Positions 54,400-64,000 of a DNA stretch of 64,000 bases are shown in pieces (positions within the stretch are counted from its first letter, which is position 1; the number at the start of each line of letters is the position of its first letter). The notes under the pieces are model-generated. The model was not told the origin of the DNA. It did no database searches and worked only from the letters and a program-made list of their open reading frames with translations. Location: positions 248,001 through 312,000 of the forward strand of contig VRMN01000001.1 of assembly GCA_008690995.1 (NCBI GenBank), written 5' to 3'. The translations under genes were made by a program, and so were the position numbers. The DNA comes from Porphyridium purpureum (lineage: Eukaryota).

Positions 54400-57300
54400 G
54401 AATGCTTTATTGAGAAGTGACGAATCTCACACCCTCCCGTGTACGTTGTGCGAATTTGCAAATGGATACATCTCGTGCGTCTACGCGCTGGACATAAAGT
54501 ATTGATTTTGTTCTCAGCTCTTCGCACAGTTTATGAACGACTTATAGCACGGTGTGAAGGACGCCATTTGTCTCGCTAAGGAATACTTGCACGTTGCCCT
54601 GCGCAATATACTTGTTGTTCGAAACCATGCCATAATGCTGAAGCCTACTTGCGCGTGATTCTGTCTCGTTTGGCACTTCCGCCTCTGTTCCGACTACTTG
54701 AATTCAAAATAACTTACGCGTTTTCCTCATTTGATGCAGTCAGTGATGTCATTAGGCTAGTAGCTTGACCAGTAAGCCACTCGAACCGGGGTGTGTTCAT
54801 TTCGACTGAATAGACGGGAGCAAACTTCCATTATGTCCCCCAGAAACCATGCAGCATCTGTTCGCTCGCCGTAGTTATTCATAGCTTCTATGAGCTTGCT
54901 GTGGGCCCAGATAAATGATTTCTGGATCTTTGCAATCTGTGTGATAATTTGTCCCACGATTTCTTTCGAGACTGGATAATGTATATGCACCCCACTTCAA
55001 GTTCCCTGGAGTTCAAAGATAGATCTAGGGTTTCCAATGATATACCATGAAGTGCAAGCTTAAACCTTCTATAACGATGAAAGAATGTGACGAGTTCTGA
55101 TCCAAGATCAGGTGTCATGTCCCTGTACGGTCTCGGGAACAGCTGCAGGTGTGAGATCACAAAAAGAATGAGAATGGGTGAGCCCACACCTCCGGAGGAC
55201 GTGACGTTCAACGATTTCTGTAGCATGTAAGCCTTCAGAATAAATATCACATGTTCCTCTCTCCTGTACTGCTTGGCAACGTTCAAGAACATATACTCCA
55301 TGGTATTCAGATTCTCAGTTGCCCTGACTCAGATGTCACACAGAATTTCAACTTCATCTCCATTGTCATGACGACGTCTCAGCAAAGGTTCTCGAGTACG
55401 AGACGACAGACCTCCACCGAAAGATGCAAGTCAGCTTGATGATGGCTCTTTACCACTTTCTTGAGCGTACTTAGCGCGGCTATCTTTTGCTGCCTTTCGT
55501 CATCTTCTCCGTATTCAGCATTCTTTTTCACGGCTCTAAAAATGGGGGATTCGTGATACTTCTGTCAACATCACTCATACACAGGTACAAGTCATTCGCG
55601 AAAGATCCGAGCACAATGGATTCCACATCATACTCTGGGTCTTGAAAACATGTACGGGCAAACAGGCGTCTCACTTGCGTAATGAGTGATACACGTCTGC
55701 TCGCTTCCGTAGCCGTCGGCGCAAGGCGCTTAGCGTGACTAAAATCTCTTCACTGAACCGGACATTCAGATTTGTAATGTGGCAACTGACATTTTGCGCA
55801 GGATCATTTGTTGTGTCGATCAGCGGAAAGAAAGCATTGCATTTCATCTTAAACCGTCATTCATAGGGTGTATTGAGAATCAATTTCTTTTTCTGTCGAG
55901 TACGCTCTGCATATTGTTCGTCAAGCCATGTCGGTTTGTCATTCCGGTCCCCCACCCATTTTCAACGAATACTGCGATCTGTAGGACGGCATGTAGCTCG
56001 TGGTCTGTAGCCAACGAGCGGCGGCATCCAACTGGGGCGCGGGCGAGAAGCTTGGTCTTCGTTGGATTTGTACAATATGGACTGTTCTTAGTTGTACTTG
56101 AACGGCTGCTCTTGACGAGCACCTTGAAGGGCCTGCTGTCGAATACTAGAGTTTGTAGCCCCATGACCTGTGTTCTGTAAGTCCGCGTCATGGTTGCGGC
56201 TGATGGGCGAGGTCAATACCAGTGTGTTGTCAGACCGTGAAAATTCCTGTTCTTTAAAGTATTTCCGTACCCTGCCCCGTCTCCTGCGTTTGAGGCGTAT
56301 TTCTCATCAATATTTGCCTCTGCAGTGCCATGTGCTTTCGTCTCTCTTCACGTTCGGGGCACTTCAAACAAAAGTATTTCTAACTGGCGAGACCATCGAA
56401 GACAGGTACACCACAAAGCCTCGTAGTCATGGGTCCATCACATCCATGTCTACACGTTCCGTGTGTAGGTTTTGCTGCTCGCCTCTGAGCTCTGTATACT
56501 TGTTGGCTCAAGAGTATGGTCGATAATATCAGTTCTAGAATGATTTTCATACTCGCGTGTAGCCGGGCCGCGTTCTGAAATACCGGCTGCGTCATGGTCC
56601 ATATCTTGGAATAGTCCCTGGATCGCCATTGATATCAGGGGCGTTACTTTTTTCGGATTTCTTACGCACAGTAGTAGCTCTTGCTTTGATCTGCTCGCAG
56701 ATTTTTCTTTCGCCAGAAGACCCAAAATCTTTTCGTCCTCTCCTGGACGACATGCGTAGTGGAGAATCTTGGTCGGATACATAGAAGTATCTGTGCGATA
56801 TCTTTTCCACTGTCTCAGATCATTCCCCTGAATGGCATCGTCTGCCGTCTTCTCTTCAGGTATCATGAGAGAGTCCACGGAAGGCATTTCTGTACGCATC
56901 TTGAGGAAGCGTGATCTTTTTCGTCGTGGCTGCTCTATTCGTAATTTGAACAGGCAACTGCACTTTCCGACCTTCTTCAATGAGTACTTCGACTCCCAGG
57001 CTCTCGCTTTCAGCAAGAACCTCAGCTTTCTGGCTTGCTTTCCTGAACGAGTACTTTGACGCGCCGGCCTCCGCACCCCACAAGCAATCTTCCCAATACC
57101 TTTCACTCCGCCCGCAACTGTAAGAGCAATTTCACTCTACCCGCTTTCCTCTCGCTAGAGTTTTCGTTCTCTTCCACGCAATCTCTCAATCTGTGTGATA
57201 TGGAGCATTTACTTGATTTTGCTCATAAATCGGTGGCTTTTCAATATAAGAGTGCAGATCAAAAGCATTTTGAAACGTGGTTGTTTCACCACCAGATGTT
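54400..57300 (-). mobile_element. Heavily decayed LTR retrotransposon, probably copia-like
   Basis: AACA-TC-TGG LTR/PBS-like junction at about 57295; gag-like ORF 56450-57106; knuckle CAKCQLPHYKSEC at about 55790; protease-like IVLGSFAND at about 55600. Confidence 0.45.
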
Positions 57301-57545
57301 TGTTGTAAAACCGTCGTAGACTGCATGCTTACGCGGATACTTATTGTGTGTAAAGCTCACATCTGTACAAATAAATCGCAAGATCCACTAAAGTCGAGAA
57401 AGATATGAAAGGGAGCTTGAATGTATTGAACGGGCTGGCATCCATGCCTCGATCGGTTTTCGACTGCGTGTGAAATGGTGAGCTGCAGAGTTGTGAAGTT
57501 CTTTCGGTTGTCCGTGTCTAGACGAAGGAGGCGACTGTGCGTACT

Positions 57546-57692
57546 CGTCTAAGCGTCGACACACGGGGCGTAGGGTGGGGGGTCTCGTCTAAGCGTTGAT
57601 GCACGGGGACGTGCGGTGCAAGGTACACGTCTAAGCGTTGATGCACGGGGACGTGCGGTGCAAGGTACACGTCGAAGCGTTGGTGCACGGGG
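57546..57692. repeat. Minisatellite with 40-42 bp period; four copies of a 23-bp core
   Basis: Core CGTCTAAGCGTTGATGCACGGGG (outer copies have substitutions) at 57546, 57586, 57628 and 57670. Confidence 0.9.
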
Positions 57693-58149
57693 TAAGGGGT
57701 GAAGGTCTTCGTCAGCATTTGACGGATACGTAAGCATGTTGTCAAGGGTTCGCGTTGTGCCATTGCAAGGAGGTGCGCTTTTGACATGCAAATACTGCCT
57801 CTTTTCATGACTCTCTTGTTTTAGGCAGGGACGTTGTCAGTTTACTGGGTACTACGTTGATGAACCAACTTATTATACCACGAAGGAGCAGATGCACACG
57901 CAAAGGCGATGTTATTGTGTGTATCAAAGACGAAGGCGTTTGACTGTGCCAGTTTCGGGTGGGGGGAGGGGGAAATGATCTTGCCAGCACTGCCCATACT
58001 GATTTGACCGGTATAATCCAATCAGGGAGTAGTACTGAGACAATACCAGTGGATAGTGGAGACAGAATTCGTCAACAATCGGTACAAGATTCTGACGATG
58101 GGGTCAGCGGAGCAGAAGTCTACGGTTCTGCAGGTTCGGAGGCAGAAGA

Positions 58150-59257
58150 ACTACATCTAATCTTGGAAGACCTTGGGATCTCGCCGGATGAATATATGGT
58201 TCTCATCGATACAAATGGCGCAAGCTCGCGCATGTTTGATAGGGTCGATTCCAGTCAAAGATGTGGTCGGCATAAACGGTGTGGAAGTTTGAATATCTGT
58301 ACTCGTGGTATATCATCTGATGTTATCTATTGCAACTCTAATCATTCGGCTACTTCCTGCAAGCCTCGTATTCGTGATGGTCTGTCTGCACATGATCAGC
58401 TTCACATAAAGAGCGGTGCACAAGATCAGCCGCGTCAAGAAGGATCACTGCATTGGGGCTGTATCTTCATTCGGAGAGGAATTGAAGACCGCTGGAAAAA
58501 CGGAGAAGATCCACTGACACAGCATTTATGGCGTACCATTGGACACATAAGAACCTCTAGAAATTCCGAAGCAGATCCAAACTATGAGAAGCAAAGCAAC
58601 GAGACGAATCGTGAGTTTGACCTAAATCTTGCTAGGCGAATCCCCACCCTCCTCAGTGCAGCTTGGATAGAGCATGGATTAAAAGTGCTCCGGTCCGAGA
58701 GACGCCCTGGGTGTACACCTAGAGGTACGGCGTCTTAGAATAGTTTCGTAGTTTGAGGTACAGGGGCTTTTTTGCCCACATGGTTTTTTACCTTGTACCT
58801 CTAGTTTGTGCATTGTTTTCTTTCGCCCCGATGAGCCAGAGTCGCGTGTCCGGGGGAGTAGGAGCCGCCTGGCGGCCGGCCGGCACCCATTGAGCGGCTT
58901 GCTGACGTGGCTGGCTGTGGCTTCGTTCTATGGAACGAACGGAGGAAAGTGTCGTCGTGATTACTGTACTTATGTATTTTCAGAGGCGTCTCCCAACTGT
59001 CGGTTGGTTCAAGTTCCTGAACAACATAAATAGCGCGGCCCATACCTTGGCGGTCACGCGCAGGGGAAACAGGTAAGATAAGAATTAGTAAAGTGTGCGA
59101 GAGGAATCTTACGGTAAAGTTCAAAGTGCGAAAGAGGGGACTACCCGGAACGCGCAGGAATACCACGGAGCCCATGACCAGACGGTCCTCGGCCTCGTAG
59201 TTTCACTCCCACGCTCTTGAAGTTATCTTCCGGGACGCAATTTCGAATATTGCGACA
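58150..59257 (+). mobile_element. Decayed Ty3/gypsy 3' end plus LTR family B
   Basis: GPY/F-like LIGSIPVKDVVGINGVEV; ATAAATAGCG at 59026; terminal TATTGCGACA shared with the other family B copies. Confidence 0.55.
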
Positions 59258-62200
59258 GAAGTCCAGCTTGTGGGAGAAACGATTTCTCCCTTCCGCGTCG
59301 AGGACAGCAAGGACGGCGGGGTATACAATGGGCGCGGGCTTGTGCGGTACCTCGGATTTCTTGGGAGCGGAAGAAGTAGAGGCAAGGAAAGGTAGGCACA
59401 GGGAATAAAGAGAGCGTTGTTCCTTTGGTGTCGGATGCCTGGGTGTGCTCGTTAGAAGACGTGGGGCCTTTTGCTGAGCCGATGTAGCAGAGCCAGCTGC
59501 ACATCGTGTCTGGGGGATTTTGGTGCTCTTAGACCACTGAAAGCAGACGGCGGCTTTGTCATTTACGACACCCTACCCCTGTCAAGACCGGTGCTGTCAG
59601 TGCCGTCGCGGAAAACAATAATGGAGGCCCTACATGTGGGATTTTTCACACCCCGGGTTTCCGTTGTTTGCGTGTGGTTGTGTTCTCTGCGATCTGTTTG
59701 CGTCGTGTTGGTTTTCGATCATCTGGGAAGAGTCGTTTCACCCGGGTCGTGCGCGTGTCATCATCAAGCGTACGAGAATTTAAAGTAAACACTTTTTGCA
59801 CGACCCAGATTTGCAGTGATCGTGCAGTTGTGAACCATGGGTTTCCTGAGAACTGAGAAACGAAAAAGACATCCCAGCTGGGCTGGGTTTACACGGTTGA
59901 CGTCAATCAATTGGGGTAAGCATTGCAGTCCTACAAAAATGCAACTCCTTGCTTTTTCACGCTTTATCATCTCTGCCTTATAGTAGGCGAGCCAAGTTGA
60001 CATGTCGTCGAAGACGAAGATGCCCCTCCACACATTGCTTGCAAACGAGGCATGTAGGTACATGCCTCTGGGGTAGCAGAAGCAGAGGCGCGCGATTTGC
60101 TGGACACGCACTTGCTGACCCGGAAACGTGTATGCGAGCTTGCACGTTGCTATCTTTAGTTGCGCTCCTTGGAGAGGGTCTAAGACATAGACAAAACCTC
60201 TCGAGAATTCTTCCCGTTGTCGGCATATTTCTATGACCGCTCGCAAGAAAAATTACTCGAACGCGTACTTGTGAATTCGGCGTCTTTTCATGGAAGGACA
60301 CCATCGTACAGACCGAGAGCGCCTTAGCATTCAGCTCGCGTGTGAATAAATCTTGTTTGCGATCAGAAGCGCGACAACGCAGTAGCTGCTTTTAGCCAAA
60401 TCCAGCTCAGCCTCGTGCGTCGCAACATGCCGTCCAGCATGCCAGCGGCACTGCTGCGCACAAAATGATTCAAAACATGCTCCGTCGCCTTCAAGGACAC
60501 GCAAGTCGAAGCGTTGAGGGTATGATTTTGGTCTCGCAGAGCCGAACGCTGCCAAGTCGAGTCCATGTTGCGCCACGAGAGAGTCAGAAACTCGTGCGCG
60601 ACACGCCGAACAAATTGGCCTCAAATGCTCTGTATGCGAAAGTGATGCCTTTGAGCGCGAATGCGACCAACCAAACATGCAACCATAGCCGCGAACCTCC
60701 AATGCAAACGGCACGAGCTTCCTCGCCATCAAACTTTTCCGATTTGTACTGCTTCTCTTTTTTTGCATTCAAGTCTTTCACAACGGATGCTGTATGGCAA
60801 GAAATTCTCGCATCGGTGCGCATGCGGGTGCACTCACACACATTGGCCCGAACACCGTCTTTCGGCTGCTCGCCGGCTCGAGATTCCCCCAAGCAATTTT
60901 TGAACGATCGCTTTGGTAACCTGTGCTGCTGATCTTGGCCGTATGTCTGTTAATCCGGTCACCCGCAACATCCCCAAGCACGAGCTGCGCCTAACGTACT
61001 GCACGCATCCATAAGCTTCGCATCGCATGCTCACATTTGCTCGACGACGAAGACGACGCATGCCGCGCAAACACTAACTGCACCCGGACTCGTTCGAATA
61101 TGTGCATTTGAGGCAGCATATCTGATGGCTGCGATATGGAAACCACGCCAAGAGCACGAGCATTGGTATGGCGCGCGAGCAGCAAGGCCACGTGTATTCA
61201 CAAATCACATACTCTGCACGCGCACAAGGTAAAGAGCAGCGCACTGTTTGAGCTCCAGTTGCCGTGCGCTCAAGCCAGCTGGTCATCGTGAGCGGCAGCT
61301 TCGGCCACCCGCAGCGCCCCCGCGAGCCATGCGGCTCAATACTCGTCCTGTCGCGTCAAAAGCACGGTCCTCATGCTCCTCGCCGTCTGATGTAGCGCGC
61401 AAAGACATCAGGTCAAACTGTTGAGCTGGACTCAAACGCGCAGCGGCCGCTCACGTGACAATGATCATTTCTGCGTAGCCATAAATGCTGGTCCTTCCTA
61501 GAGCGCTTGACCGTACTTTCTTTTCGCATTCGCCTTGATGTGAAGCGTCCGGACACCGTTCTACATTTCGATTCTGCACAACTTTAGACCGCCCGACGTT
61601 TTCCCGCGCCGCCATGAAGAGCCGAAAGTCATGGCGAATTCTGGCATGGGCGTGTTCAAGACTTTCTAATTCTTGCCCCAAATCGAGGCAAAAAAAAACG
61701 ATTTTACGCAGCGCGTATACTTTGAAGGTCTTCTCATCGTTCGCCATCAGCGGTTTTGTTTTGCCGCCGTACGTAGACGTGTGCACCGTATTGTTCAACG
61801 AGGCCGTCCACGTTCCCAGTGGAAAGCATGGCACCCGCACTCACACCCTTGACTTTCAGCTGGGAGCACTGCCCGCTCACGGCGAGAACCGTACCGTCAA
61901 GCGCCGCATACGTGGGCAAAAAGGTGAATCATCCAACTACGGCGCAGCGTCCTTTCGTGGTTCCTGGCATCCAGTGTTGAATCGCCGAGTCCTGCACAGC
62001 GTAAGTATGCCCCGTGTCCAGGCTTTCTGTTAGCACGCCGCTTTACTGCCAATGCTGTATCGACATGCGCTGCGCGTACTACCACTGGGTGTGACCTCAA
62101 TCAACACAACACGCACGCACTTGTCCACGTACCCACCCACGCACACACCTATCAAACCAACAAACCCGCTTCTCGTGTTGGCAGTGATGACAAGGAGGGG

Positions 62201-62960
62201 CGGAGTGGACGCCCACGTCTGCCATCAATGCCCGTTTCCGATGCCCATTCCATGAGCGCCGTCACGCCCTACGTTCAGATTCTCGCCCGGCCGGCGGACT
62301 GGGCTTGTGAACCGCGCACGATTGCAAGAACCTCCATCTTGGTTCCACGTCTTGTGGAACTGCAGGCATCCGCGCTGGCACAAATGTAACACAGACTCAC
62401 AGATGCGTGTGCCACAAACGGTCGCGCCGCTTGCTGGATTTAGAGAAAATGCGTCTCCCTGAGAAGCAAGTCACCCGGAATTCTCGCGTAAAGGTCATCT
62501 TGCTTTTGCACCTCGCGATGTTCTCAATAACGCTCGGTTGCTCCAGCGAAAGGCGTCGTCTTTGACCATGACACGACGACACGCTTGTCTGTTGCGCAAC
62601 GGCATGGCGTTGGCGCACCACGTAAGCACGCATGCCTGGCGGCACCTTGAGTGGAATGCGCGAACTTTCCCCTGTCTCCCTTAGAAAAGCAGTCGGGCGG
62701 GCGCCAAACGAACACCTTTGCGACTGGCTGCTGCGAAATGGTTCGCATAAATACGGAACGGGAGTCTGTGAGTCATGGCGTATACAGTCCGCTTTGCGCG
62801 GACGCAAGCGGTGCGGCTTTTGGATGTCGCAACTGCCGGACAGACCTTGCTTTACAAGTTGGACGCCACGTGCCGCGCCCGCTTGGTTTGGGACTCGTTT
62901 TGAGTGAAAGTAAGCACGGCTGCACTGGCAAGCACGGCGTGCAGAAGAACGGAACTGGCA

Positions 62961-64000
62961 ATGGAGGACGACTCGGGGCCATTCCCGCTGGATATGGTGT
63001 TGCTAAGGAGTTTGAACGCCGCCGCGCAAGACGGCGACCCAGTCGCGCTGCGGAGTCTGCTGGACAGCGAGGATGGGGTGATGTACGTGGACGAGCCGTG
63101 CTCAGAAACGGGGCTTGCTCTGCTCATGCTGGCTGCAGGCAATGGACACGTCGCTTGCATGCGCATGCTGCTGGTCGATTACGCATGTGAAGTAGACCTC
63201 GTCAATGTGAAGAACGGCTTCACGGCGTTGCACTATGCACTGCAAGGCTGCCATTTCGACGCTGCGCGCGTCTTGCTTGAATGGGGTGCATCGCCAGATC
63301 AGTTCACACACGAAGGACAAAATGGGCTCATGGTCAGTGCAGAGAACGGAGACGAGGCGTGCGTTCGCTTGTTGCTCGAGTGCGGAGCGAATTCTGATGG
63401 CGCCAACGCAGATAATGTCACGCCGCTGATGGCGGCTGTGCGAGGAGGCAGTGAGCCTTGCGTGCGCTTATTGCTAGAATACGGCGCAGACGTGCATGCT
63501 CGGGATTCTGATGAGTACACAGCGCTGATGATAGCCGTGGCATACGGCGCGATTGAGTGCATGGGCACTCTGATTCAATTTGGCGCAAACGTGGACGCAG
63601 TGTCCGACAAGGGCGAATCCTTGTTGTTGATTGCGGCTCGTTGCCTGGAGGAGGACATTGTCTGCATGCTCGTCAACCGGCGGGATACTGACACAAACGC
63701 TAAGGACTTCAAGGGACGCACGGCGTTGCATGCGCTGGCGCGCGTCGGGTTCGTGACCTCGAATGCACTAGACGACCCAGCGCAGTACCTCAACATTGCA
63801 CAATGGCTGCTCCGTGCTGGCATCGCTGTGGATAGTACAGACATACAGGATCGCACACCGCTGGAAACCGTGGTGCATGCTCCCTTATTGTACGCGGCGC
63901 ATCGGGACGTTTTCGAGTTTCTGCTTCGTCTGGGCGCAAACCCCAACAGGAACGCTAGTGACCATCGGAAACAAACGGCACTTATGACGCTGCTGGCTGG
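62961..64000 (+). CDS. Ankyrin-repeat protein, truncated by the right window edge
   Basis: Manual translation is open to the end: LLMLAAGNGHVACMRMLL, GFTALHYA, TPLMAAVRGGSEPCVRLLLEYGADV, GRTALHALA. Absent from the ORF track because no stop is in the window. Confidence 0.92.
   Translation, partial: MEDDSGPFPLDMVLLRSLNAAAQDGDPVALRSLLDSEDGVMYVDEPCSETGLALLMLAAGNGHVACMRMLLVDYACEVDLVNVKNGFTALHYALQGCHFDAARVLLEWGASPDQFTHEGQNGLMVSAENGDEACVRLLLECGANSDGANADNVTPLMAAVRGGSEPCVRLLLEYGADVHARDSDEYTALMIAVAYGAIECMGTLIQFGANVDAVSDKGESLLLIAARCLEEDIVCMLVNRRDTDTNAKDFKGRTALHALARVGFVTSNALDDPAQYLNIAQWLLRAGIAVDSTDIQDRTPLETVVHAPLLYAAHRDVFEFLLRLGANPNRNASDHRKQTALMTLLA

Noticed and set aside
57546..57692. CRISPR array
   Set aside because: Linkers are only 17-19 nt and two are identical; no cas genes; eukaryotic context.
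61451..62100. Viral or Polinton D5-like primase-helicase remnant on the minus strand
   Set aside because: Only vague resemblance (TLRRSWMIHLF); no Walker A or B motifs found.

Overview
Eukaryotic nuclear DNA with intron-less, tightly packed genes; a unicellular red alga such as Porphyridium is my inference, not something the sequence proves. Host genes lie in three blocks. (1) 1-5.9 kb: two hypothetical proteins and a long-chain acyl-CoA synthetase. (2) 25.4-38.8 kb: PDI, tyrosyl-tRNA synthetase, SPOUT methyltransferase, TRAX, a DUF4604-like protein, an F-box/LRR protein, a SNF1/CIPK-like kinase, RecQ and a TMEM209-like protein. (3) An ankyrin-repeat gene running off the right end. Between these blocks are transposon graveyards: decayed Ty1/copia and Ty3/gypsy elements, solo LTRs with target-site duplications (TSDs), two Tc1 elements and a nested stack of four elements at 10.5-12.6 kb. 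The most interesting region is 39.5-47.5 kb. An intact, young Ty3/gypsy element there (39661-45101; CGTAC TSD; -1 frameshift heptamer; LTRs with tandem heat-shock elements) sits inside a decayed Fanzor/TnpB RNA-guided nuclease remnant. That remnant lies tail-to-tail with a second, near full-length Fanzor2 (IS607-TnpB-like) pseudogene. The ORF track fragments this pseudogene, but it is one reading frame broken only by nonsense codons, carries a poly-Q insertion, and is followed by a structured omega-RNA candidate. All family assignments are by motif recognition by eye; no searches were run.
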